A stretch of DNA of 64,000 nt from Burkholderiales bacterium (lineage in GTDB: Bacteria; Pseudomonadota; Gammaproteobacteria; Burkholderiales; SG8-41), in contig DATFWO010000036.1 of assembly GCA_035259205.1 (NCBI GenBank), positions 11,018 to 75,017 of the forward strand, in the 5' to 3' direction. The notes below the pieces were generated by a model. The model was not told the DNA's origin. It did not search any database and worked only from the letters and a program-made list of their open reading frames with translations. Shown in pieces: positions 55,042-64,000 of the stretch (positions are counted from its first letter, which is position 1; the number at the start of each line of letters is the position of its first letter). The position numbers were made by a program, and so were the translations under genes.

Positions 55042-55839
55042 ATGAAGTATATTGCACTCATGACGCAGACCATGCCGGCGATATTCTTCGGGCACGGCTC
55101 GCCCGTGAATGCCCTTGCCCGCAACCGCTACACCGAAGGCTGGGCCGCGGTCGGCACTGACATTCCACGCCCGCGTGCGATCGTCTCCGTTTCCGCTCAC
55201 TGGTACCGCCCCGGAGTTGCGGTTACCGCGATGCCGAATCCACCGACTATCCACGACTTCGGCGGCTTCCCGCGCGAATTGCATGAATTTCAGTATCCGG
55301 CGCCGGGCGATCCGGTTCTCGCCCGCCGCGTCCAGGTGCTGCTCGCGCCACTGCCGGTCGAACTGGACGACGAGTGGGGCCTCGACCACGGTACGTGGTC
55401 GGTGTTGTGTCACGTCTTCCCGAGTGCCGACATCCCGGTGATACAGCTTTCGATGGATGAAACGCAGCCTCCCACATTTCACTTCGAGCTTGGGCGGAAG
55501 CTCGCGCCGCTGCGCGACGAAGGCATCTTGGTCATCGGCGCGGGGAACATCGTCCACAATCTACGAGCGTGGACGCGAGGCAGCCCCTCGATGGAGCCAT
55601 ACGACTGGGCAGTCCGCTTCGAGCGCAAGGCCCGCGACTTGATGCTGGCCGGCGACGTCGCGCCGTTGATCCGCTACGAGACGCTGGGCCGGGACGCCCT
55701 GCTCTCTGCGCCGACGCCGGACCACTATCTGCCGCTGCTCTATGTTCTCGCCTTGAGGAGAGTCGACGAAAAGATTGCGTTTCCAATCGAAGGTTTCGAC
55801 GGCGGCTCGGTGTCAATGCTGACCGTGCGCGTCGGGTGA
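55042..55839 (+). CDS. ygiD: 4,5-DOPA dioxygenase extradiol (YgiD family)
   Basis: MPAIFFGHGSPVNA, VSAHWY, IHDFGGFP..L..FQYPAPG, WGLDHGTW, PDHYLPLLYV. The true start may be ATG 55060 or 55069. Confidence 0.85.
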   Translation: MKYIALMTQTMPAIFFGHGSPVNALARNRYTEGWAAVGTDIPRPRAIVSVSAHWYRPGVAVTAMPNPPTIHDFGGFPRELHEFQYPAPGDPVLARRVQVLLAPLPVELDDEWGLDHGTWSVLCHVFPSADIPVIQLSMDETQPPTFHFELGRKLAPLRDEGILVIGAGNIVHNLRAWTRGSPSMEPYDWAVRFERKARDLMLAGDVAPLIRYETLGRDALLSAPTPDHYLPLLYVLALRRVDEKIAFPIEGFDGGSVSMLTVRVG

Positions 55840-55896
55840 GTCGCGAGACGCGCCTGTCACGAGTCGCGAGTCACCAGTCACGAGTCGCCGGTCACT
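55838..55896 (-). repeat. heptamer array, B-like (NNNGTGAC/GCGAC on minus strand), about 8 units
   Basis: GAGTCGC GAGACGC GCCTGTC ACGAGTC GCGAGTC ACCAGTC ACGAGTC GCCGGTC. Spans exactly from the ygiD stop (55837..55839) to the receptor stop (55892..55894). Confidence 0.85.
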
Positions 55897-58432
55897 GATT
55901 CCGGGTCGGCGCGTCGAACTGGTAGCGCAAGCCGATCCAGAACGTGCGCGGCGCGCCCGGCGCAAAAAACGTCGCGTGCTGGATAGGGAATTCGCTCCCG
56001 ATAGGCGCCAGCGGCCGCGCAACGAATGCCCCGTTGCCGGTAAACGCAGTCGGCCCGAGCAGTGCGGCGGTGTAATACTTGCGGTCCAGCAGGTTGTTGA
56101 TCTGGCCGAAAACCTGCAGCTGCGGATCGAACTGGTAGCGCGCTCCCATGTTCAGCACACCGTAGCCGCCGGACTTGCCCGGCCCCAGGTAGGCGACGCC
56201 GTCCGGCTGGTGCGCGTTGTTTTCGTTGCCGCGCGCGTAGGAGCTGCTCACCGCCACCAGATTGAGGCTCACCGAGAACGCGGCGCTCGCCTGATAGTCC
56301 GCGTACGCCTTGAACAGGTGGTGCGGTATCAGCGGAATACGATCGCCCGGCTGTATGCGTATGTTGCCATCCAGGCCCGGGGCGCCTGCGGCGGCGGTGT
56401 CGTTGGAACTGTTGCTCGATCCGGTAAGCGATTCGAACGACTGGTAGGTGGCGTTGAGGTAGGTATAGTTCGCGCCCAGGCTGACCGCGCCCGCCTTGCC
56501 GGTCAGCCCGCTTTCGAAGCCTTCGCGCCGTGTCTTGTCGAAATTCTTGAAGAAGCCGAACTGCGTCCGATTCGGCGCCGCGACGAACAGGATGTCATCT
56601 TGATTCTCGGCGCGGAAGACGCCGGCGTTCCAGCGCACCCCGGAGGGCAGCAGCCCGTGCAGCCCGGCCTCCCACGTCTTGGCTACCACCTGCTTGAGCG
56701 GTGGATCTCCGGCCATCGAATTGGGCAGGCGGCAGGGATTGTTGGGATCCGCGCAGCCGAGCTCGATCGCGGTAGGTGCCCGGCTCCCCTCGCTGTAGCC
56801 TATATAGGCGTTGACGCTCTTGCCGGGAGCGAAGGTGAGGCCGGCGGCGGGGTTGAACCGGTGATACACCTGATTGGTATCGAGGGAACCCGGTCCGCCG
56901 CCGGGATTGATCTGGTCGGTGTTTCTGACGGTAGTGCGGTTGTACCTGCCGGACAGCGTCAGATGCCAGATCTCGCGCACCGACAAGGTGTCGGTCGCGT
57001 ACGCGCTCCAGGTGCGGGTGCGGCCGTCGAGGTCGACTCGCGTATCGAATGGCACACCGTCGACGGTGCCGCCGGTGGCGCCGTCGGCGAAGGCGTTCAG
57101 ACCCGTAACGCTTCGATCCGGATTGAGAAAGCCGAGCTGCGTGGATTGACTGAAGCGAACCTGGCTCGCGTCGTACGCGGCCCCGGCGGTGAATTGATTG
57201 CGCTGTCCCGCCAGCGCTCCGAGCAACGTGAACTGGCCGGACAGCCCATAGTTGTCCTGCGCCGTGTGACTGCGGCTCAGCAGCCCGTTGCATTTTTCCG
57301 CCGGCTCATCGTTGAGCAGCACGTTGGCGATGCATCGCCAGAACGGGAACGGCGTGTTCGCGGCGCTTTCGCCGGCGACGGGAAACCCGGTAAAGCCTGC
57401 GGCCGCGAGCGCGGCCCGCTCCGCGGCATTGGGCTGATAGACCGCCTGGTCGAGCGAGTTGTCGTTGACGTCTCCGTTCAACGTTCTCGTCGTGATCCGG
57501 CGGTAATAGGCGTTGCCCGAGAGCGTCAAACGGTCGTCGATGCTGTGGTGCGCCGCGAGATTGACCAAGGTCGACTTGTTTTCCGTGATGTCCGGCCTGG
57601 TATAGACGCTGGCGTAGTCCCGGTCGAGGAAACGCTGCTCCTGGAGACCGTTCCCGTGGAGTGTGTTGTCGGCGTGGGCGAGCGTCAGCTTGAGGTCCGT
57701 AGCCGCGTTGCGCCAGCCGAGCTTGCCGAAAATCTGGCCGATGCGGGAAGGAGAATCGTCGCGCCAGCCGTCCTCCCTGAACAGATTGCCCGTCACATAC
57801 CAATCGAGGCTCTGGTCGAAACCGCCGTACTCGAATTCCGCGGCGCGCCGCGCGTGATTGCCAACGTATCCCTGCAAAGCCGCGCCCGGATAGTTGCGGC
57901 CGTCCTTGGTCTCGATCGAGAGCGCCCCCCCGAGCGTGTTGAGACCGAACAGCGGGTTGGAGCCCGGCATGAGATTGATCGTGGCGATCGCGGCCCTGGG
58001 TATCAGGTCCCAGCTCACGACGTCGCCGAACGGCTGGTTCAGCCGCACGCCGTCGAGATAGATCGACAAGCCCTGCGGCGTGCCCAGCAGCGGGGACGCG
58101 GTGTAGCCGCGATAGCTCACGTCCGCCTGGAATGGATTGCCCTGCATTTCGTTCACGTGGACGCTGCCGAAATAGCGGTTCATGAAATCCGGCGGGTCGA
58201 GGGCATTGCTGCGCTGGATCTCGGCCCCTGTTGCCGATTGCACCGGCGCGGGGATCTGGTCTCGCGTAAGGCCGACGCCCGGCAGCGGAGTCGTGCCGAT
58301 GACTTCTACGGGTGGCAACTGCTGCAGAGCCGGCTGGCTTTCTGCGGCATGGATCGTCGTGCCTGGTACTGCGGCCACCATGGCCGCCACCCGCACCAGA
58401 CGCCGGATCACGCTGCGATCTGCTTCCGTCAT
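55892..58432 (-). CDS. TonB-dependent receptor
   Basis: Start at ATG 58432 ([21 protein letters not shown]...). Plug motifs ([21 protein letters not shown]), a long beta-barrel, and C-terminal ...FWIGLRYQF. Confidence 0.9.
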   Translation of the reverse strand: MTEADRSVIRRLVRVAAMVAAVPGTTIHAAESQPALQQLPPVEVIGTTPLPGVGLTRDQIPAPVQSATGAEIQRSNALDPPDFMNRYFGSVHVNEMQGNPFQADVSYRGYTASPLLGTPQGLSIYLDGVRLNQPFGDVVSWDLIPRAAIATINLMPGSNPLFGLNTLGGALSIETKDGRNYPGAALQGYVGNHARRAAEFEYGGFDQSLDWYVTGNLFREDGWRDDSPSRIGQIFGKLGWRNAATDLKLTLAHADNTLHGNGLQEQRFLDRDYASVYTRPDITENKSTLVNLAAHHSIDDRLTLSGNAYYRRITTRTLNGDVNDNSLDQAVYQPNAAERAALAAAGFTGFPVAGESAANTPFPFWRCIANVLLNDEPAEKCNGLLSRSHTAQDNYGLSGQFTLLGALAGQRNQFTAGAAYDASQVRFSQSTQLGFLNPDRSVTGLNAFADGATGGTVDGVPFDTRVDLDGRTRTWSAYATDTLSVREIWHLTLSGRYNRTTVRNTDQINPGGGPGSLDTNQVYHRFNPAAGLTFAPGKSVNAYIGYSEGSRAPTAIELGCADPNNPCRLPNSMAGDPPLKQVVAKTWEAGLHGLLPSGVRWNAGVFRAENQDDILFVAAPNRTQFGFFKNFDKTRREGFESGLTGKAGAVSLGANYTYLNATYQSFESLTGSSNSSNDTAAAGAPGLDGNIRIQPGDRIPLIPHHLFKAYADYQASAAFSVSLNLVAVSSSYARGNENNAHQPDGVAYLGPGKSGGYGVLNMGARYQFDPQLQVFGQINNLLDRKYYTAALLGPTAFTGNGAFVARPLAPIGSEFPIQHATFFAPGAPRTFWIGLRYQFDAPTRNQ

Positions 58433-58539
58433 TCCCGGAAAAAGTATTGCATTCCGCGGCGTGCTTTGGCACCTTATTGCTTCCCGATGAAGGCCGGGAA
58501 TTTTTCCCGGGAGCGTCGCCGGTCTCGCAGGAAACTCGT

Positions 58540-59517
58540 ATGGATACCGCCGTGGACGGACGTGAATTCGGTGCGGCGTCGCGCCGCGACCTGATCGCCG
58601 TGGCTGTGGGGACTGTCGTTTTTTTTGCGGCCAGCGTGAGGCTCGAGCTGAGCGAGGCAGTGCTGTCGTGGACCCGGCCCTGGGAGCGCTACCAGCTCGA
58701 TGAGCTTCCCGGTGTCCTGTTGTTCCTGGCCGCGGCCCTGGCATGGTTCGCGTGGCGGCGCATGAACGAGGCGCGCGGCGCGCTGCGCCAGCGCATGGCG
58801 GCCCAGCTGCGGCTTGCGGAGGCGCTCGCCGAGAACCGGCGCCTGTCGCTTTCGCACGTGCGGGCGCAGGAGGAGGAGCGGAAGGAGCTCGCCCGCGAGC
58901 TGCACGACGAGCTCGGGCAGCATCTGAACGCGATCAAGGTCAACGCAGTGTCCATACGCTCCCGCACCGAAGGCAAGCTTGCGGACCTGCACCATGCGGC
59001 GCTCGCTATCATCGACGTCGTGGACCACGTGCACGGCACCCTCCGCGGCATGCTGCGCAGGTTGCGCCCCGTCGGGCTCGACGAGCTCGGGCTGGCGGCT
59101 GCGCTCGAGCATCTGGTGCATGCCTGGCAGGCGCGCAATCCGGACGTGCGTGCGAAGTTGAACATAGCCTGCGATGTCGACGCGCTGCGCGAAAATGAAA
59201 ACATCGCCATTTACCGTCTCGTGCAGGAAGGCCTCAACAACGTGACGAGGCATGCCCGGGCAGGGTCCGTTACCATATCTCTGGCCGGGATGGGAACCAG
59301 CGAAAGCGGCGCGGACGGCCCAGGCCACGTCACACTGATCATTTCCGACGACGGCGTCGGGGCGCGCGGCGGAGCAGCGGCCGACGGACTGGGCCTGATC
59401 GGCATGCGCGAGCGCGTCGAAGCGCTGCACGGCCGCCTGACGATTGGATCCGGGCCCGCTGAGGGATTTCGGATCGAGGCAACCATCCCGCGCTCGGTCG
59501 CGGAGAGCCGGACATGA
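58540..59517 (+). CDS. sensor histidine kinase (HisKA_3 / NarX-LiaS type)
   Basis: Start at ATG 58540. Two TM segments, H-box [17 protein letters not shown]-box [12 protein letters not shown]-box DDGVG...[10 protein letters not shown]. Confidence 0.85.
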   Translation: MDTAVDGREFGAASRRDLIAVAVGTVVFFAASVRLELSEAVLSWTRPWERYQLDELPGVLLFLAAALAWFAWRRMNEARGALRQRMAAQLRLAEALAENRRLSLSHVRAQEEERKELARELHDELGQHLNAIKVNAVSIRSRTEGKLADLHHAALAIIDVVDHVHGTLRGMLRRLRPVGLDELGLAAALEHLVHAWQARNPDVRAKLNIACDVDALRENENIAIYRLVQEGLNNVTRHARAGSVTISLAGMGTSESGADGPGHVTLIISDDGVGARGGAAADGLGLIGMRERVEALHGRLTIGSGPAEGFRIEATIPRSVAESRT

Positions 59518-60179
59518 GCACCTCAGCGGAGTGCATTACGGTTTTGCTCGTGGACGATCACAGCGTCGTGCGGGAGGGCTACCGGCGGCTCCTTGAACGC
59601 AGCACCGACATTCGCGTGCTTGGCGAAGCGGGAAACGCCGCCGATGCCTACAGCGAGTTCTGTCGCCTGCAGCCGGACGTCGTGGTCATGGACATTTCCC
59701 TGCCGGACACGAGCGGAATCGAAGCCATGCGGCACATGCTCGCGCGTGAAGAGCGGGCGAAAACGCTCATGTTCAGCATGCACGAGGAGCCGATTTTCGC
59801 CTCCCGGGCATTCCAGGCAGGAGCGTGCGGCTACGTCACCAAGGCCAGCGCCCCGGATGTGCTGGTCGAGGCGGTGCGGGCTGTCGCGCAGGGCAAGCGC
59901 TACCTGAGCCAGGATATCGCTCAGGCCGTTGCGCTGCAGAGCTTGGGCCGCGGCGAGAAGGGACTCGACGCACTGTCCCATCGCGAGTTCGAGGTCATGC
60001 GCTTGCTGGTGGCCGGCCATACCGTTGCCGGCGTCGCGGAAAAGCTCCAGTTGAGCTATAAGACGGTGGCGAACCACCAGTCGGCTATCCGGCAGAAGCT
60101 CGGCGCCGAAACGCACGCCCAGCTCGTGCGTATCGCCGAGCGCAGCGGCCTCGCGAAGAACGGTGAAGTACTGAAGTAG
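59514..60179 (+). CDS. NarL/FixJ (LuxR-type) response regulator
   Basis: ATGA overlap with the kinase stop. VLLVDDHSVVREG...VVVMDISLPDTSG receiver domain. C-terminal HTH LSHREFEVMRLLVAGHTVAGVAEKLQLSYKTVANH. Confidence 0.9.
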   Translation: MSTSAECITVLLVDDHSVVREGYRRLLERSTDIRVLGEAGNAADAYSEFCRLQPDVVVMDISLPDTSGIEAMRHMLAREERAKTLMFSMHEEPIFASRAFQAGACGYVTKASAPDVLVEAVRAVAQGKRYLSQDIAQAVALQSLGRGEKGLDALSHREFEVMRLLVAGHTVAGVAEKLQLSYKTVANHQSAIRQKLGAETHAQLVRIAERSGLAKNGEVLK

Positions 60180-60190
60180 TAGAGTACATT

Positions 60191-61135
60191 GTGCCAATGC
60201 GAAACGATTACGAAATCACTCCGCGCTGGGAATTTGTTTGCAGTGTCAGTCGACTGTGGACAGTGCATGTTTTGGTCGATGATGGAAGCCTTCGACACGC
60301 CTTCGGTCCGTTCCACGGCCTTGATGTCGCGATAAGGCACGCGATAACCGAGGGATTCAACCGCCACACCGACAACTGGAGGGTCACAGTTGACGGCCGT
60401 ACGGCGCACGAGCACTCGGGCTGCGCGCGGGTAAATCGTCCGCTGAGCCAGGCTGCCGCATCGGCGCGCTTGGTTCGGCCACCGTCCCTGCCGGATCCAA
60501 AGCCGTTGGCAAATGAGATTCCACTTCAGCAGAAGGCGTCGCGGTCATTCACGCTTGGTCCTCATGCACAACAAACGGCCTCGGCCGAAGCGTTGCCAGT
60601 AGCTCCAGTACGGTCCAAGCCGCCGCGTCCGGTCCAAGGTTCCGCTCGGATCCCGCTTACGGCGATCGTCGCTGGATTCGCCATCGGAGCGGGGGCAGGC
60701 TATTACTCGATATACGGCTACCAGGGGCGAGACGCGTGGCCGAGCGCTTCGAGCCCCGGGGAGTTGGCCCCAGCGACAATTTACGGCACGGGCTCAAAGC
60801 CGGTTCCCGCAGTCGCAGCCACACCTGTCGATCCATCGGTTTCTCCACCTTCATCTGAACGCGCAACCCCGGCTCACAAACCCATCCCGCCGCTACGCTC
60901 TCCGGCACCGACCCAGAACGCCAGGGCGGCACAGGCTGTGCCCAAAGCTCGCCAGGCACCGGTCAAGTCCGCGTCAATCGCCTCGGTTGCGGAGATGCAC
61001 CGCGAGTTGGACGTTTGCCGCCAGCAGAGCTTCTTTCCGCGCGTCGTGTGCTCGGAAAAAGTGCGGTGGAAGTACTGTGCGCCCAATCGCTGGAACACCA
61101 TTCCCGAATGCGCCGCCGACGTCTCTCCACTTTGA
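60191..61135 (+). CDS. hypothetical membrane protein, Pro/Ala-rich with C-terminal 4-Cys motif
   Basis: GTG start 11 nt after the regulator stop. Central TM (IPLTAIVAGFAIGAGAGYY), a P/A/S-rich linker, and C-terminal CRQQSFFPRVVCSEKVRWKYCAPNRWNTIPEC. Confidence 0.5.
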   Translation: MPMRNDYEITPRWEFVCSVSRLWTVHVLVDDGSLRHAFGPFHGLDVAIRHAITEGFNRHTDNWRVTVDGRTAHEHSGCARVNRPLSQAAASARLVRPPSLPDPKPLANEIPLQQKASRSFTLGPHAQQTASAEALPVAPVRSKPPRPVQGSARIPLTAIVAGFAIGAGAGYYSIYGYQGRDAWPSASSPGELAPATIYGTGSKPVPAVAATPVDPSVSPPSSERATPAHKPIPPLRSPAPTQNARAAQAVPKARQAPVKSASIASVAEMHRELDVCRQQSFFPRVVCSEKVRWKYCAPNRWNTIPECAADVSPL

Positions 61136-61299
61136 GTAGCGGTTGAGTTTAGACCGACCGTTTCTTTCGTAAGGCGGCGATATTCGCTTGGTCTGGGCGC
61201 GCACCATTTATCGAACGAACGACAGGTTTTGGCCCGAACCTTGCCTACCGAGTGATCGGCTCAGTTCGACCCCAAAGCGGACTCAGAGGAATCGAGCTC

Positions 61300-62190
61300 T
61301 CACGCCGCCTGCTCGAGGGTCGAGCCGGTATCCAATGTCGTCGCACGCCGCAAATCGCGCGGTTGCGACTCATCGTGTGGCCGACCGCGATGCATGGTGC
61401 AGCGATTGTCCCAGATGACCACATCGCCGACCCGCCAGCGATGGCTGTAGACGAACTGGTTCTGCGTCGCGTGCGCCGTCAGATCCCACAGCAGCAGACG
61501 CCCGTCGGCCACCGGCCAGCCCAGGATGTGCGATGCATGCGCAGAGAGGTAGAGCGTTTTGCGCCGCGAGCCGGGATGCAGCCGCACCAGACGCTGCGGC
61601 GACGGTGGGTATTTCTCGCGTTCGCCAGGTGGGAATTCGGTGAACCCGATCTGGCCGCGCGACCAGAATATGTCGTGCTCCGCAACCAGCCCGTCGATTT
61701 CCGCCTTCAGCGTCTCCGGCAGCGCATCATAGGCGGCACGCATGTCGGCGAATTCGGTCTCCCCGCCACCCAGCACCGATGCCGGAGGCACCGCGACAGC
61801 GTGCAGCATGCCAAGCACGACCGGCACCGGCATGTACGACGCATCGGTGTGCCACAGGCGATTGCCCAGGCTGTCCAGCCGACGCCTGTCGTCGCGGGCA
61901 CGGATGCGGTTCTCCTCGTCCAGGTTCGAGATGTCACCGATCTGCGGCAGCTCCAGACGGCGCCTGCCGCCCTGGAGCGCCGCGCGGCCGATTTCCAGCG
62001 GGCCAAATTTAGCAGCGAAATCGCGCAATTGCGTATCGGTCAGGCGCTGATCGTGAAACACCAAGACCGCGTAGCGGTCGATGGCATCCCAGATCGTACG
62101 CACACTGCCGGCATCCGTCGGCTGGCTGAGATCGATACCGTCAACCTCGGCGGCAAACGATGGACGTAACGCTCGCAACTCGACTCCCAT
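61300..62190 (-). CDS. TauD/TfdA family Fe(II)/2-oxoglutarate dioxygenase
   Basis: Start at ATG 62190 preceded by AAGGAGGG. WHTDASY (HxD), ...GDVVIWDNRCTMHRG. Confidence 0.85.
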   Translation of the reverse strand: MGVELRALRPSFAAEVDGIDLSQPTDAGSVRTIWDAIDRYAVLVFHDQRLTDTQLRDFAAKFGPLEIGRAALQGGRRRLELPQIGDISNLDEENRIRARDDRRRLDSLGNRLWHTDASYMPVPVVLGMLHAVAVPPASVLGGGETEFADMRAAYDALPETLKAEIDGLVAEHDIFWSRGQIGFTEFPPGEREKYPPSPQRLVRLHPGSRRKTLYLSAHASHILGWPVADGRLLLWDLTAHATQNQFVYSHRWRVGDVVIWDNRCTMHRGRPHDESQPRDLRRATTLDTGSTLEQAA

Positions 62191-62419
62191 CGTGATCCCT
62201 CCTTGGCTCAGATCATTCCCACCTGCGGCATTTGTCGCGTCCATGATCCGCCAGGGATGGCGGTGCTGCAACCCTAGCGGCAAGGGGCTGCCGCACTGCC
62301 AGTGAGATACGGCGTGGCACAGGCAGTGGCTCTTGGCCGGTTTGAGCCGATTGCCCGCCGGCCGAAACTTACCAAGGAGCGGACATTGCCGTTCAGATCA
62401 AGTTGCGACATACACATAC

Positions 62420-62446
62420 CTCTTCACTGCTTCACCTCTTCACTGC
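62420..62446 (-). repeat. octamer array, family E, overlapping the stop of Bug gene 62440
   Basis: CTCTTCACTGC at 62420 and 62436; TTCAC every 8 nt. The minus strand contains GGTGAAGCAGTGAAGA, identical to a 16-mer in 34094..34132. Confidence 0.85.
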
Positions 62447-63405
62447 ACAGTGATCTTCATCTCCCGTACCACCCTCTTCCATTTCTCGACGTCGCGCCGG
62501 ATGATGCGCTGAAATTCTTCCGGCGGGCCGCCCGCGGGGTCCAGCCCCTCAGCCGCCAGCCGCCCTCGCATCTCCTCCGTCCGGAGCACGTTCGCGGCCT
62601 CCTTGTTCAGACGCGCGATGATTTCGCGGGCGAGTCCTTTGGGTCCCCACATGCCGTACCAGTGATCGGCCTCGTAGCCCGGCACCGTCTCGCCGATGGC
62701 CGGCACGTCCGGCATCGATGCGAAACGTCTGGCAGTGGTCACGCCGAGCGCGCGCAGCCGCCCCGCCTTCACGTGCGGGATGGTCGCCGGACCGCCGATG
62801 GCGGTGAGCTGCACTTCTGCCCCGATCACGGCATTCAACGCCGGGCTGCCGCCTTTGTAGGGAACGTGGACGAGATCGATCTTCGTCTCCAGCTTGAGCA
62901 GCTCCAGCGCCAGGTGCGTGAGACTGCCGTTGCCGACCGAACCGTAGTTGAGCTTCCCGGGGCTGGACCGCGCGTGCGCGATGAACTCCCTGATGTTCTT
63001 GACCGGCATCGAGGGGTGCACGACGAGCACGAGCCCGGTCTCTCCGAAAAGCACGATCGGCTGAACGTCGCTCACCGGATCGTACGGCAGCTTCTGGATC
63101 GCGGCCGTGGCGCTGTAGTTGCTGTTGACGACGATCAAGGTATAGCCGTCGGGATTCGCGCGCACGACGGTTTCCATCCCGATCGTGCCGCCCGCGCCCG
63201 GGCGGTTGTCGACCACGAAAGACTGCCCCAGGGACTCCGACAGGCGCGTCGCGACGACGCGGGCCAGGATGTCGGTGCCGCCGCCCGGCGTGAACGGCAC
63301 GATGAGCCGTACCGGCCGGGCCGGATAACCCTGCGCGTCCGCTTGCGGCGCAGGCACCAGGAAAAGAGCGGGAACCATCCACGATATAGCGCTATTCATC
63401 GTCAC
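62440..63405 (-). CDS. Bug/TctC family substrate-binding protein
   Basis: [45 protein letters not shown]. Confidence 0.9.
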   Translation of the reverse strand: MTMNSAISWMVPALFLVPAPQADAQGYPARPVRLIVPFTPGGGTDILARVVATRLSESLGQSFVVDNRPGAGGTIGMETVVRANPDGYTLIVVNSNYSATAAIQKLPYDPVSDVQPIVLFGETGLVLVVHPSMPVKNIREFIAHARSSPGKLNYGSVGNGSLTHLALELLKLETKIDLVHVPYKGGSPALNAVIGAEVQLTAIGGPATIPHVKAGRLRALGVTTARRFASMPDVPAIGETVPGYEADHWYGMWGPKGLAREIIARLNKEAANVLRTEEMRGRLAAEGLDPAGGPPEEFQRIIRRDVEKWKRVVREMKITVQ

Positions 63406-63554
63406 CCCGGGAAACCATGCGGCTCACGGCCATGTGCCTCACCGGAGCCGCACATAGTTTAAGCGTACTCTGGCGCGAACCCGGCATGAACTGGCCTTGC
63501 CGTGCGCGGTCCTAGGATTTTCCGCTCCTGCTTACCGCTTTATCGGAGGCTGAC

Positions 63555-64000
63555 ATGGCAGACAAACTCAGGATCCTCGGCATTGCCGGCAGCTTGCGCA
63601 AGGCCTCTTACAACCGGGCGGCGTTGCGGGCGGCACACCGGCTGGCGCCCGATAACGTCAGCGTCGAAATTTTCGAGATCGACGGCATCCCGGGATTCAA
63701 TCAGGACGACGAGAAGAATCCGCCCGCGAAGGTAGCGGAGCTGAAATCACGGATACGCGCAGCGGACGCCATCCTCTTCGTCACTCCCGAGTACAACTAC
63801 TCGATACCGGGCGTGCTCAAGAACGCAATCGACTGGGCATCGCGTCCCTACGGCGACAATGCCTGGAACGGAAAGGCGGTGGCGATCATGGGCGCCTCCG
63901 TCGGCGCGCTCGGGACCGCCCGCGCGCAATATCACCTGCGGCAGACTTTCGTGTTCCTCAACATGGACGCCGTGATTCAGCCGGAAGTCATGATAGGCAA
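63555..64000 (+). CDS. NADPH-dependent FMN reductase family protein (3' end cut by window edge)
   Basis: GGAGG 5 nt before ATG 63555. MADKLRILGIAGSLRKASYNRAAL...ADAILFVTPEYNYSIPGVLKNAIDWASRP. Absent from the ORF track because there is no stop inside the window. Confidence 0.8.
   Translation, partial: MADKLRILGIAGSLRKASYNRAALRAAHRLAPDNVSVEIFEIDGIPGFNQDDEKNPPAKVAELKSRIRAADAILFVTPEYNYSIPGVLKNAIDWASRPYGDNAWNGKAVAIMGASVGALGTARAQYHLRQTFVFLNMDAVIQPEVMIG

Noticed and set aside
55976-58594. 872-aa plus-strand ORF opposite the TonB-dependent receptor
   Set aside because: It is a shadow ORF. The receptor strand shows plug and barrel motifs and a terminal aromatic residue.

Overview
This is a GC-rich chromosomal segment (by eye roughly two-thirds G+C) from a Gram-negative bacterium. 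It carries about 60 protein genes. I recognised no rRNA or tRNA genes and no transposase, integrase or phage genes. The content is a housekeeping and catabolic mix: a partial OprB porin, RidA, YpfJ peptidase, a class III cyclase, RecQ, a quinone oxidoreductase, PrpD plus a second MmgE/PrpD protein, two tandem pairs of GMC flavoprotein and small Tat-signal subunit, a secreted amidohydrolase and NHL propeller, ArsR with an MFS transporter, an ABC exporter, a Tat-signal TPP enzyme with a monohaem cytochrome c, VOC and YgiD dioxygenases, fumarylacetoacetase, DinB, a TonB-dependent receptor beside a NarL-type two-component system, a TauD dioxygenase and an FMN reductase. There are also 11 intact and 1 decayed orphan Bug/TctC solute-binding genes, a pattern known from Burkholderiales-type Betaproteobacteria; that taxonomy is inference only. 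Three decayed genes are present. Two things are not explained by ordinary annotation. (1) At two paralogous loci (13106-14713 and 33536-35171) a conserved ORF is interrupted by one in-frame TGA at a U-G-S-C position, followed by a co-varying SECIS-like hairpin. This is a candidate selenoprotein, once fused to and once adjacent to the same ~345-aa domain of unknown function. (2) Short tandem-repeat arrays are pervasive. Most are heptamers, they fall into several sequence families, and they often occur as mutually complementary pairs. They begin at or within a few nt of the stop codons of more than 20 genes, and one inverted pair encloses an Avd-like four-helix-bundle gene.
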